A stretch of DNA of 64,000 nt from Gracilinanus agilis (taxonomy: Eukaryota). The DNA lies in contig NC_058133.1 of assembly GCF_016433145.1 (NCBI RefSeq), positions 166,152,780 through 166,216,779 on the forward strand. Direction: 5' to 3'. Position numbers and translations under genes: made by a program. This document shows positions 11,449-23,400 of this stretch, piece by piece. Position 1 is the stretch's first letter. Every line of letters begins with the position of its first letter. A model generated the notes under the pieces. The model was not told the DNA's origin. It did not search any database and saw only the letters and a list, made by a program, of their open reading frames with translations.

Positions 11449-12153
11449 CTGGTGAGGGGGCTGCAGCCCCCGCAGCTCCCAGGCCTGCGCTCTCAGTGGG
11501 TAGCGCTGGCTGGGCCCTGACGGAGGTTTCCACAGGTGCTGTCCTTCCCAGAGCCTCTTCAGGGGGGGCTACCCTGTCCCCTGCCCCCTCTTTCCCCTCC
11601 ACTCCTGGTAGTGTCCCAGTTGCTGGAGACAGCCCGGGTGCCTCTTCAGAGCTCCCCACTTCATCACTTTCTGCATGGGGGACCCAGGGAGGAGTGCCCC
11701 CAGACAGCTCCGGTACCCCGACCTCTTCTTCATCTTCTTCTTCAGTACTGACAGGCATAGAGGGCGGCGGGGATGCTTGGCTACCCTCCCCGTGAGCAAT
11801 AGCCCCAAGGGTTGGTAGGGCCTCAGTGAATTGCCCCCTGACTCTTGGATGCTTGGGTCCCTCTGGCTGCCGCCCAGGAGGAGGCATGGAGCCATGATGC
11901 ACAGACACCTGGGCCACCAGAGGAGCCTCGGACAGCCTCTCCTCGCGCGGAGGCTCAGTGAAGAGAGAGCCATTCTCTATGGCTACTTCCCGGATCTCAC
12001 TTAGTATCTGAGAAGGAGCTTCGTCTTCCACTTCCTCCTCCTTCTCTCCCTCCTCTTGCCCCTCCTCATCCTCTTCCTCTATTACCTTCTCGTCTTCCTC
12101 CTGCTCCTCCTCCTCAGAAGACCGCATGGGCGGGGTAACTGACTGGTCTCCAT
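11449..12153 (-). CDS. BCAN: Brevican exon 8, acidic non-homologous region (spliced, secreted form)
   Basis: ORF 11378..12523; acceptor ttcatttgttctgaag|AT; donor CCAG|GTAATC; 705 nt. A second in-frame acceptor at 12195 makes the 5' edge slightly uncertain. Confidence 0.88.
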
Positions 12154-12175
12154 CTTCAGAACAAATGAAAGCAAT

Positions 12176-12196
12176 ATCAGTACCACGGACAGCATC
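12176..12196 (+). promoter_or_regulatory. RE1/NRSE-like REST binding site
   Basis: ATCAGTACCACGGACAGCATC versus TTCAGCACCACGGACAGCGCC, 17/21 with an intact ACCACGGACAGC core. Confidence 0.7.
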
Positions 12197-12968
12197 TAGG
12201 GCCGATTGAGGAAAACGAGACCCAGGGAGTTCTAGGGACCCAGGGACAGGAGTGTGGGCTAGGGAAGAGAATTGTGGGACATAAGGGGGAGGGGCTTTGG
12301 AGACATTGGATTGGGAAAGGGAGGGGGGGCATCTGAGCAGAGAGTCTGGAAGCCGAGGGTTCTCAGGGGAGAGGGGAAGGATGGGGAGGGGAGGGTGGAC
12401 ACTGGAATAGTGAACTGTTGGACCTTGGAGGAGAGGGTAGTGGTTGAGAGACATTGAAGAAATTGAAAGACGTTTGGGGGACCTTGAACTTGAGGTGAGG
12501 TGATGAGGAGGCAACTGGTACATGAGTAAATATGACTTTCTCTTCCTTTCTCCAATTCAGCACTTTCTATGGTGGAGGGGAAAAGGAAGAGGTGCCAAAG
12601 GAGGGAAGCCTCTCCTTTCCAGACAATATCTTCTTAGGTTAAGAATCCTCAAACCCTTCCAAACTGGACCCATATAAGCTGTTTGTCTCTGTCCAAGTAT
12701 ACCATCTTATCAGTAGGGAGGCTGGAGACTGGGGAGGGCGGGTAGAGATGCTGGAAAAGCATTCTGGAAGAGACAAACTCTAATTTTTGAGTAGGGAGAC
12801 ACAAGAGATATTGCTCAGTCTCAAGTTTGGCCAAAGGAGCAGTTGTGTGGCACAGATGAAATAGTAGGGATGGGTGCACCTCAAGAGCATTCTGTTGATC
12901 ATTGTTCTAGTTCCTATACCATCTTTACCCTTTCATCCTTTTGCAACTTGCAAGGCATAAAGATTTAC

Positions 12969-13190
12969 CTAAAAATATCTTGGGGGCCTCTTCAGGGTCT
13001 TCTGGGGTAGAGCTGATCCCCCTGTTGTCCTCTGAAATGGGGACAGAGTAGATTGCTCCTCGAGACTCACTCTGTGTGGCCTCCTGAAGTAGCTGAAGTT
13101 CTTGAAGGGTCTCTGTCACTGTGACAATGGTCTCCAGCCCATCTGAGGCTGGGTAGGGGTTCCTCGGGGAGATAGAGGAATGAGCAGGGT
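12969..13190 (-). CDS. BCAN: Brevican exon 7, central region containing the ADAMTS site SE|SRGAIY
   Basis: ORF 12925..13221; cag|AC acceptor, G|GTAAA donor; 222 nt. Confidence 0.95.
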
Positions 13191-14594
13191 CTGTAGTTGG
13201 AAGGAGAGTGAGGAGGATCATTATGTAGCAATCAGGGGTTTGGACAGGTGGGCTGGATAGGTATTTCCTCCATCTTTAGCTATCCTGGGCCCTGATACAG
13301 AGGTATCCCAGAACATAGTTGGTCCTGACATGTATGGAGCAATTGATAAAAATCTATTTGAGTTGAACTGAGAAAGTGTGCAAAAGTTATTTTTGGACTA
13401 TGGAATTCTATTGTATTGTATATGAAGTGAACACATGGGTTAGTGAACCAGGTAGTTTTGATGAAATGGAGAGAGTCCTAGATTAGGAATCAGAGAATTT
13501 AGGTTTGAATCATGGCTATACCATCTTGGACAGGCCATATCCCCTCTCTAACATAAAGAAAGAGCCCTACTGAACCATATTTCCTGAAAGAATTGATTGA
13601 GAGGAAATAGATATTATTACAGCAGGAGAGATAGTAGTAAGATTACAAAGAGAAGTTTCCAAAAGTCAGAACTTGAGGCAAACTTGGAGTTGAAGAATAA
13701 AGGTAGAAACAGATTCTCTTAGGAATCTGGAAAAATAAAATTCTCCTTCCCCCATGGAATGGGCTAAGAATAAGGGAGTAAGTACAGTTGGGTATAGAGG
13801 AAGTGAAAAAGATGTAAATATCCCAAGCGAATGATAACATGCCCACCTCAACTGCTCTTCAGTAAGTACCTCTCTCACTGGAAGAACCAGAGAGGCTGGA
13901 AATGAATCATTTTACACTCAGGAGAAGGGAACAAGGGGAAGGAGAAAACCAGTGAAGTGAGATTAGAAAAAAAAAGCTATGAAAAGAAAGACTTTATCAT
14001 CCCTGCCCTCATCCTGACCCTTAGACCATTTCCCTGACCAGCCAGGCAAGACAGGGACAGCATGTCTCCTCACCACCTGCTTAGCTCCACTCCAAACTTG
14101 ATACCTCCCTCTCTTGGCTTTGTCCTTTCTTTTCTCTGCTCTTCACCTTCACAGAATTGTTCCTTCAACCTTGGGACAGCTTTCTTTCTTCCTCATTATC
14201 CAACCCATCCATCCTTCCCCCACTTCCCTTATCAACTCTGCTTCATACTCATCTTCCTCAAGAGAGACTTCCTTGGTTGATCCCTGTCAACCAGGGCTCT
14301 ACTCCTGAAAATTCTTCCCCATCCTTACAATACAGGATCAGCTGCCCTTATTTTTAGCCCTGTGTCTGTGTCTGTATTCTAAGGGTACCTCTTGTCTCCA
14401 TCAGGCTGAGGGCCCAGCAGGTGAAGGGACTATCTGTGTCTCCCCATTTAACCCAGTGTTCCTTGAGAACAGAGACTTCTATCATCAGGATTGGGGATTC
14501 CATAAGGTCGGAGGCCTTTTCTCTCATCAGATGGGGAAACAGAGAGAATGACTTCTAAGGCTTCCTCTAATTCTCCCTCATTGCTGCCCCAGAC

Positions 14595-14798
14595 TAGTGA
14601 TGGGCAAACTACAGCCCACAGGCCAGATGTGGCCACCTGAAATGTTCTATCTGGCCACTCAACATTATTCCTAATTTGACAAATACAGTGAGTAGGATAC
14701 AATACAATGAAACTTCGAAAGAGTTGCCTTAGAAACAGACTGAGAGATGAGCATTTCCTTTCCTTTGGCCTCCTGTTTAAAAAGTTTGCCCATCACTG
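14595..14798. mobile_element. hAT/Charlie-type MITE, 204 bp
   Basis: TIR (t)AGTGATGGGCAAACT / AGTTTGCCCATCACTG, 15/16; 8-bp TSD CCCCAGAC/CCCTAGAC. Confidence 0.88.
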
Positions 14799-15129
14799 CC
14801 CTAGACTATAAACAGGAGAGCTAAGGGAGAGGAAATGAGGGGCTAAAAGAAAACTAAGATCTCTTCAGTATTGCTTTTCCACAAAACAATTTGCCCTAGG
14901 ACTATCTGTTACATTTCCTTCTCCTTGACTTTGGTCATATAGGATCTGTTCTCTGGTTGGAGTCCTTCCAAATCTATCCTGAGGTCATAGCCACTTGTCT
15001 CCTATCTGAACACTAAACTCCTCAAGTCTAGTCTTACAGGGGTCCTTAACTCTTTCATCTCCACCATTTTCTCAGTTTCTCCATGAAGAAAGAACCTTTA
15101 TATTCTCTTGGTGAAAATAATTCCTGTTG

Positions 15130-15540
15130 CTTTCAGTTCCAGGCACCACATTTTAGAAAAGACATTGAGAACCTGGAGCAAGTCCAGAGAAGGCTGACTA
15201 AGCTGGTGATGGGCAATCATATAAGGAACTGGTAAAAGAAATAGCAATTTTTTTTTCTCTTGAAGCAGTGAAGCTTTAAGGAAGTCATCATTGAAATTTT
15301 TAAATATTCTGAGTTACCTTAGGAAGAAATATTACTGATTATGTATAGCTCCAGATCATAGAACTAGAACCAATGAGTATAAATATCAGAGTGGTAGATT
15401 TTGGTTTAATAGGAAGAACTGTCCAACAGTCAAGGTTGTCCAACAATGGACAGGGCTCCCCAAAGTGGAAATGAGCTTCCCATTCTTTAAAAGTGCTCAG
15501 ACAGAAGCTGGATGATTACTTGTAAAGGATGTATAAAGAA
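15130..15540 (+). mobile_element. CR1/L3 LINE 3' fragment
   Basis: gcaccacattttagaaaagacattgagaacctggagcaagtccagagaagg, typical of the CR1 ORF2 end. Confidence 0.6.
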
Positions 15541-17214
15541 GACTCTTTTTTTTAGCTTAAAAATTTCAATTACATAATAGTATTTCAACTCTAAATCGAT
15601 ATTGCTCTTTGTAAATTTAGATTCTAGAAGACATCAGTGTATTCTAGGAGCACTTAAGTTATATGTGACAAAAGTAAATGAAGGAGTGGGCAGGACTGGG
15701 ATTCTGGACTAGGATATATGGTATCCTTTGTTGAATTTGCAGTATGTTAATCATTTCTGCTCTTACAAGTGGAAACATTTGGGATAGTCCAAAAGAGAGC
15801 AGGAACTTGGAAAAAGGAAGAAGTTGAGTTTTCACATACCTTGAGAGGGGGCCACTATAATACAAGGAAAACTAAGGTTGTTATAGAAGCCACTACGAAG
15901 TCCAGGCCTGATGGGAGACTAGAAAAAAATAGGTGAAGAAGACAAGCTCACCAAATGGTGGACCCAGATTTTCAACCAACTGGTAATGATGTTTCAGGGA
16001 AACCTTTTAGGTTTAGAGAAGAGATGTCTGGTGCAATAGAGAGGACAATGGATTAGGTATCCAGAGAGGAGTTCTAGTACCTCTTCTCCTACTTACTAGT
16101 TATGTGACCTTGAACAAATCATTAAAACACTTCCTGCCTCAGTTTCCTCCTCCATAAAGTTAGAGATCCAACTGTCTAGATGATCTAGAAGTTGTTTCTT
16201 AAGTGCATATACTGCTTCTTTTTAGTCTTTGTGTCCCTAGCACCTGGCAGAGTGTGTCCTTAGCAACTAGCCCATGTTAGGTACTTAATAAATACTTGTT
16301 ACATTTAATTGAATACTAAATTTATGATTACTAAATTCACAATGAAAGCAATTTTTAAAATAATTTTAAAAAATTTTAAATAAAAAAGAATTCTAAGAAC
16401 TCTTCTTCTAAGAAACTATTAATTTAGGGAACAGTTCAGAAAGGAAGTAGGACTTCTAGAGGTGAGAGCCATGAAGACTTCTAGGAAGGACAAAGGCAGA
16501 TTTAAGGTTGGAGAAGGGCAGATAAAATCCCCTTCCCCAAAGTTAAGGGATCTTTGAGGTCAGATGAAGAAAATCCTTCTTCACTGGGAGACCAAGAACT
16601 AGGGCAGACCGAAAGGGTTCAGTGTCGATGCAGAGCAAGTGTTTGGCACAATCATGCTCACCGCCTGATGGAATGAGATGGAGGCAGGTTCTGGAAGGCA
16701 GTAAGAAGCCTATCCAACCAGCCCTAGAAGCCAGGCCAGTCCAAAGCTGCTGGTGGCTATGGATCTGGGTACCTCTGTTTAGCATTAGTAGGTCATCTAG
16801 CTCAGAAGTCTGAAAAGAGAGGAGAGAGGCAAGGACTAGGCCAGCCAAGCCAGAATAGGAGAGGAACAGTACTTTGCATTCAGCAAACACATTCTTTTCT
16901 AAGCTTGTGTAGTTTGTTTCGCTTGAATTTCCTAGTGGAAATTCCTTTTGAAAAAAATTCCAACCTTGTCTCAGCAATACTGAGAGAGAGACAGGGTCTT
17001 TCCCCATTTTTCTGGGGAAAAAAAGGCAGAGGGAACAATGTACAATGAAGATTATGGAACCAAACTAGCTCCAGGAGTACCAGATGGAACTGGGGCAATT
17101 GGAATCTGGGAGAGCAGGGGCAGAACAACTATATATGCCCTCCTGCCTAGAGCCATTCCCTTGATCTTCCCTCTCAAATTGACTGGAAGTCCATCCTCAT
17201 TCTAAGTTCTGTTC

Positions 17215-17790
17215 TGCTTATTACATGACCAGATATGTTACAATCTCTCTGTTTCTCTCCTTCCCTTTTCTCTCCTAGGGGCCTCAGTGGACTCCTCTCA
17301 TTTTCTGTCTCTCTGTGATTCTTTATCTCTGTCGTGTCTGAGTCTCTCTGTTCCTCTGCCTCTATATCTTTCTCTATTTCCATCTCGATCTTCCTTTGTG
17401 TTCCTCTGGATTGCCACTTCTCTTTCTATCTCTGCTTCCAACTCTTGTTCTGTTTCTCATTCTCTATGTCTCTGTGTATGTCTCTTCCTCTAGCTCTCTT
17501 TGCTTTGGTTTCTTCACTTGTTAGTGGGGTGGGTCAGTCTGTCTTTAGTTCTTCTATTCTGATTGGCTTTTCTTTTCAGCTCTCTATCTCATTGTATCTG
17601 TTTTTATGCTGCTCTCTTTATCTCCTACTGTTTTTTGAGCTTTTTTTCCTCAGTGTCTTTCTGTATCTCACTCTATTTTTTCATTCTAAGTCTTTCTGTT
17701 CTCCTGGGCCTCTATTTCGTTGTATGTGTGCTTGCCTAGATTTCTTATGCTCTATGCCTTTGCCTTTAGCTCTTTTTCTCATTCCCCAGG
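17215..17790 (+). repeat. CT-rich pyrimidine tract (GA-rich in BCAN pre-mRNA), intron 6
   Basis: tctctg/tctctc-type low complexity. Confidence 0.8.
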
Positions 17791-17818
17791 AGGTGTAAGA
17801 CTCTTAGGTAAGGCTCAC

Positions 17819-18112
17819 CTCTGAAGCAGTAGACATTGAAACGGCTTTGTGCATTAGGAAATCCAGTCTGGTTTGGAAAGAGAAAGAGGGTTTTAACCCC
17901 AGGAAGACCTCCCCCACAGCGCTGTCGGGGTGTGACAATGGGATAGCGCACACTGCCGTCTGCCAGCCACCCAGGGCTACACCGGTCCAGGCCTTCATCC
18001 CAAGCTGCATAAAGCTGGCCTGTTGTGGCAATCTCTGCTCCTCGTTCCCAGCAGTAAGCTCGTGCCTCTTCCAAGGTCAGCTTCTCTGGGGTGGAGCCCA
18101 GAAACAGCTCTC
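17819..18112 (-). CDS. BCAN: Brevican exon 6, Link module 2 (GELFLGSTPEKLTLEEARAYC...RFNVYCFR)
   Basis: ORF 17766..18074; cag|GA acceptor, G|GTGAG donor; 294 nt. Confidence 0.97.
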
Positions 18113-18799
18113 CTGCGATGGGCAGGGAGAGAAGATAAGGTTACTAAGAGGTAGTAAGTAGCCTGGGCAGGGAAGTCAGGATTTAAAGCTAGAAGGAGGT
18201 CTAGGACTGCCAATTCAATAGATGAGAAAATTGAGGTCCTCAGTGGGATAGTGACTTGTCCCACCTGATGCTGACAATTAGTTGGGATTTGAAGCCACTG
18301 ACTCCATCTCCAGGTAGAAACCCAGCTTTTGAGCTGTCTCCATTACAGACTTAATTTAATGAGCAACCCTCAGCAAATCACTCATTCAACTTACTCTTCA
18401 ATCTTTTCCATTAATAATATAGAATCAGTGAATTTAGAACTAGAAGGGCTTTGAGGACAATCTCCCTGTCTTCCATGGTCGGCAAAAAGTTATAATCACA
18501 GGGAGATGAGTCCTGGAGATAATTTTTTTAAACCCATACCTTCTGCCTTGGGGGCTAAGCAACAGAGGTTAAGTGACTTGCCCAGGGTCACACAGCTAGG
18601 AAGTGTCTAAGGCCAGATTTGAGATCATTTGTTCTAATCCCCTCATTTTATGAATGAGGAAACTCAAGTCCAGATAGAGATGGGATGGGTACCTAAAGTC
18701 TGGCTGTGCCAACATGAGAATTTTCCATTGGGCACAGGCCATTTTATTCTCTGAGGATTCTGAAAAGGGATCTTTGCCCACCCACAAACCCCTAATCAC

Positions 18800-18927
18800 C
18801 ATTTAGATCTTCAGCATAGCAGTAAACATCATAGAGGTCTTCTGGATCCACCATGCCATAGTTACGAACTCCAGGGAATCCATCCATGTCCCCATAACAG
18901 GCCTCTCGAGGAGTCTGGATGGGGTAC
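18800..18927 (-). CDS. BCAN: Brevican exon 5 (YPIQTPREACYGDMDGFPGVRNYG...YCYAEDLN)
   Basis: Within ORF 18792..19109; cag|G acceptor, G|GTGAT donor; 128 nt. Confidence 0.97.
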
Positions 18928-19119
18928 CTGGGGAGGAAAAGAGGATCCAGGGTCAGTACACACATATGTATTGGTTTTGGGGGAGAGGGCAATCCCAGGC
19001 AACACACTTGTTCTGGGATAGGAACACTATTAACGCTTCCCAGTTTCCCTAAAGCCCATCCTCCCTCTCCATGGTCTAACGACTCCTCATCAGGCCTTGT
19101 CAGCCTCATATTCTCTTAC

Positions 19120-19294
19120 CTTACAGTCTGGTCTGACAGCCATCCTGCATCACACTGCTCATAGCCACCCAGGTAAGCAGCATAGAGCTGCTCAGGGCTA
19201 GCAATTCGGGCCCCAATTCGGGCACAAGCCTCTTGTGCCCGGGAGAATGAAAAAGCATATCGGGCAGAGCCCTCTCGATACAAAAAGACGACCC
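19120..19294 (-). CDS. BCAN: Brevican exon 4, Link module 1 first part ([16 protein letters not shown]...[12 protein letters not shown])
   Basis: Translated by hand; tag|GG acceptor, AG|GTAAG donor; 175 nt. Confidence 0.97.
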
Positions 19295-19780
19295 CTAAAG
19301 GACAGAGAGAATCCTGAATCCAAGTGTTTAGCCCACTCCACCTCCATCACCTGCCTACCTACTATCCCACCCTATTTCAGAATCCAGTGATATAAAATTT
19401 GTAAATCCTTAGTACAGTGCCCAGCACATAGTAGGCACTTGTTCCCTCTCTCCTCTCCCCATTACTTATCACTCTTGGGAGACAAAAACTAAAGACTCTA
19501 CTCATGTTACCCTATGGTGAGAAGAATTTAAGGTAAATCATAGGCAGAAATTCTTTTCTATCAAGGAAAGGAATAGAGGCAAAAATGTCCACCCTTTACC
19601 TTCACTCATTTCTTTGCCCCACTTCTTCTTGATCAAGATTTGAAACTTCCTAAGGGCAGTGACTTAGACTTTTTATACTTCCCCCACATCTCCCCATCCT
19701 ACCAAGACAGGTTCCTACTCACAAGGTACCCAGGAGAGTGGATGTGGGGGAAGAAAGGGTTTGACGTTTGCATTTCTCAC

Positions 19781-20170
19781 CTTTAACCTTGACTTCAACA
19801 GCATCACTGCCATCATCGATCCCATGCTGGACTTCACATCGATACAAGCCAGAGTCATTGGACCTCAGTTCACTCAGGACCAGTGAGACATCAGTGGTTG
19901 AGGCTGGATATCCAGGAAGAGCCACCCGGTACCTGTAGCCTTCACTGACCTTGACCTTGAGCCCACGGGCCACCAGCACCTCAGCCTCCCGACCCCCAGA
20001 CAAGAAAGTCCATTTGACTCTGGGAGAGCCCAGAACAGCCCTGCGGCCTGGGGGAGGGGTAGGGGGAGGTGGCCTCAGGTAGGAGATGTGGCAGGGAATG
20101 GTAATGGAGCCCCCAAGGACCCCTCGAAGGGGTGAATCACCCCCAATGGACACCCGGAATGCTTGATCCT
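19781..20170 (-). CDS. BCAN: Brevican exon 3, Ig-V domain (EDQAFRVSIGGD...DAVEVKVKG)
   Basis: cag|AG acceptor and G|GTGAG donor; 390 nt; CEVQHGIDD motif; PPPPTPPPG is longer than the recalled human PPPS. Confidence 0.97.
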
Positions 20171-20354
20171 CTGTGATAGAAAGGAAGAAAAGGGAAGAGG
20201 ATGATTTCTTTCATGATGTAACTGGTTCTCCCCTCCCCCAGTGTTCCCCAAGCTCTTCTCCCCACCAACAAATTTCAGTCCCTTTAGTTCTTCTCTAGCA
20301 TCTCCCCATTCTCAACCCCTCACCCCAATCTCCTAAATACTTCCCAGTCATTAC

Positions 20355-20439
20355 CTGAGCTGTCACCTGTGAAGGCCACAGATGAGGAAGTTGGGGCTTG
20401 GACCAAGGCAGTCAGGAGCAGCAGGAGCATCTGTGCCAT
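20355..20439 (-). CDS. BCAN: Brevican coding exon 1 (gene exon 2), signal peptide MAQMLLLLLTALVQAPTSSSVAFTGDSS
   Basis: ATG at 20439-20437; acceptor AG at 20452-20451 (exon starts 20450); donor GTAAT after 20355; 85 nt, phase 1; resembles human MAQLFLPLLAALVLAQAP..GDSS. Confidence 0.93.
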
Positions 20440-23400
20440 GCCCAGGGCTGCTATTGGGAGGCAGGAGAAGCAGGTGGGAGGCTGGTCTAAACTGACGTCT
20501 AATTTGAGAGCCAACATTTCCCCTAATGGAGCCACCCTGAATATCATTTTCCCTCTGGCTCATATGTCCTTTTAAGAATGCTTCCACTCCAACATCAGAG
20601 TAGTGTAGTGGGAGAAGCATAAGACTTTGAGGCAGAATTCTCCAATTTAGATCTCAGTTCTACTACTTACCCCTGTGACCTTGGTTAGGTCACATCACTT
20701 CTGAAGGCCTTGGCTTCATCTATAAAATTGAAGGTTGGACTAGATGATCTTGAAGGTCCTTTCCAGTATTAAATCATATGATTTGAGGATCCTGTGATCA
20801 TCCGGTTGTGGCTCCTCATTCCCATCTTCCCCTCTGACTCTCCAGGCTTCACTCTAAGGGCTTTGTGCTCCCTCTCTATCTACTCTCCTCTCACAACCCT
20901 TTTACTACCCTTTCATTCCTAATATTGGTAACCAAGGCTGCTGACTCCAAAGAAGGACTCTGGGGTTGAATCCAAGCCAGCTTCCCTAAAATACCCTCTT
21001 AACATTCTCTCCCCTCCTGTTTACATGAATTCTCTTCTTTCTTCCCAGACCTTGCCCCTGGGGACCCCACAACTCATCCTCTTTCCTCTCATCCTCCCCC
21101 TCTTGAACCCCTCCTCAAACCCCTCCCCCCATGACAACCTCTCCTTTTTCCCTGGCACTGGCTTTCTCACCAGATCTCCTCAGCTCAGGAACTGGCCTGG
21201 GACAAAGCCCCTCTCTCTGGTTGCCTGGCCCCCTTCCAGCGCTTCCCCCTTTCCAGGCTGCACCTTTTGTAAAGGGCTATTCTTCCTCCTCAGGGAGGGG
21301 GTTGGGCAGCTAAAGGGACATTGAGAAAGAAAAAGAAGAGACCACAGGGATTTCTATTGCCCAACTTAGAGGCCATGATAGATTGCCTAGCATCTTCCTC
21401 TAATTATTTCAAAGCTAGTATAGGAATAAACCCCTCACTCTAACCAGCTCTCCTCATGGGCTAGAAGGGAAGCTCAAAAAGGATTCTGATATCCAGAGAG
21501 CGAGAGGAGCGCTGGAGACACTAAGGGGAGAAGGAAAGGGAAAGAGGGGAAGAAGATCCATGTATTCAAGAACCCCTTTGCTCATAGGGGTCTTCATGCC
21601 ATCAGGCCCTGGAGCTGAGATTCTTTAAACATTAAGTAGCTCTTATTTTTCAGAGAGGCAGAGAAGGACATCAGATCTAGAAACCTCATGTGGGCTTCTA
21701 GCTCCTACTGTCCCCCAGGTATTAGTCATAGTTTAAGGAAAAGTTTCAGGGAGCCTGCTATAGGAACAGGATAATGCATCAACAGGGAAGATGGAGATCC
21801 AGGAAGAATTTCTCCATGATCTTAGGAAGGCTAACACAAGGAGCAGAGAGCTAAAAGATGGAGTGACATCTCCTCCCCCTACTCTATTCCTTATCTCCAT
21901 CCCTACCCCCAAGTTGAATCCAGGCCAGTTTTCCTAGAAACCCCTAGCATTGGAGGAGAAAAACATGACCAGGGAAACTGGATACCTGGGTCTTCTTGCT
22001 AACCTTGAAGAATCTCAGTCAGTGAGGACTCAAGGATACTTGGATATCCTGAGACATCTTACTCTCAAGAAACCTAGGAGATAAAATCTTTCAGGCCTTG
22101 TGGGGCATTGATAAAAAGCCATACCCAGTGCCCACTGGGCAATCCAGAGTTATCCTCCTTTCCCTTTGAGTTATGCCAGGGAAGTGTGCCAGGCCTGGGC
22201 ATCCCCCCCTTGGCTAACTGTCTCACCCTAGTTTCGTTTTCTGATTCTTCCCTCTTCCCTCTGGGACTGGCATGGCTCCCCATATCTAGTTTCCTTTGCC
22301 AGGGGGCACAGAAACCCCCATTCCTGGCATTGCTTCCCCTTCCATGTCCCACAGACTACTGGGAGCCAGTCAGGCCTACATCCTGCAGTTGAGGGGGAGG
22401 CAGTAGAAGAAAAAAGAGAAAAAAACCCTGGCACCTGTGCCTTCTTTTCTCCTTGGTTTTAACAATTTCTCTTCTGTGGATCCTGGAAATTTCAAAGCAC
22501 TTAGCTTATCTGATTTCATCCTCTTTGCCATCTCTCCTGGCCTCAGTCATAGTGACAGTGTCAGACACCTAAGCCTCATCTCTGCTTATGGATTTCTTCT
22601 CTTTGCTCCCAACTTCTGGAAAGAATCATTTCAACTCATCCAATCTCAGGGTCAAATCCAAAAAGCTTTCCCTATCACTGCTGTCTCCAGCCTTTTCTCT
22701 GTTCCAAAACATTTTGAAGATCATTCTTCCAGTCACATCTACTCTATCATGTCATTGGATGAGGGGTGTCAAGAGAGCCCAAAGGCCTTGGACCAATTCT
22801 TCTTATAATACTTAATATATTCCTATTACAATCCCCAGCTGCAAATGTATCCCCAATTCTCATGCTGTAAACCAGTGACTGGGGGGAAGGGAACAGAGGA
22901 AACTTTATATGTCTGAGAACCTAAGAATGGGTATAGTTTTGTCTGATTTTATGTAGGTTTATATGTCTCTCCCTTGATTTAGAATCAGACATGGGTTCAA
23001 ATCCTGGACCTGACACTAAGCATGGATACACCCAAAGGCAACTCATTTCAATTCTGTGAACCTCTATTTCCTTATCTATAAAATGAGGCTAACAGTACTT
23101 GCATTGTATTGTATATATCACTGACTTGTAAGGAAAGTGCTTTATAGACCTTTAAAGGCAATGTGTGCTATTTATAAAAGAAATCATATGCTGGCACATG
23201 ATTATTTGTTCCTTTGTATTCGTGAGTGCATTTCTAGATCTGCCTGTCCCTATGGATATTTGGGTATATGTCCATACCAATGTGGATCTCTTAGTATATG
23301 GGTTTCCCTGCTTTTATTCCAGTTATTCCAACTTCACATTCCTGGGGTGGGGAAGGGGGTGGAGGTTAGCCAAAGGGAAATGGAGGTGGGTGTATAGGGA

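Noticed and set aside
12196-12523. 5' part of the 381-aa ORF 11378..12523
   Set aside because: Intron 7 sequence that happens to be open; the true exon starts at an AG acceptor (12153 or 12195) and continues from exon 7.
17174-17798. Leu/Ser/Phe-rich and Glu/Arg-rich ORFs (also 10063..10551)
   Set aside because: Translations of CT/GA low-complexity tracts; no domain evidence.
19219-19241. Perfect 10-bp hairpin CGGGCACAAG-cct-CTTGTGCCCG in BCAN exon 4
   Set aside because: Short, inside coding sequence (RAQEACAR) and largely explained by codon content.
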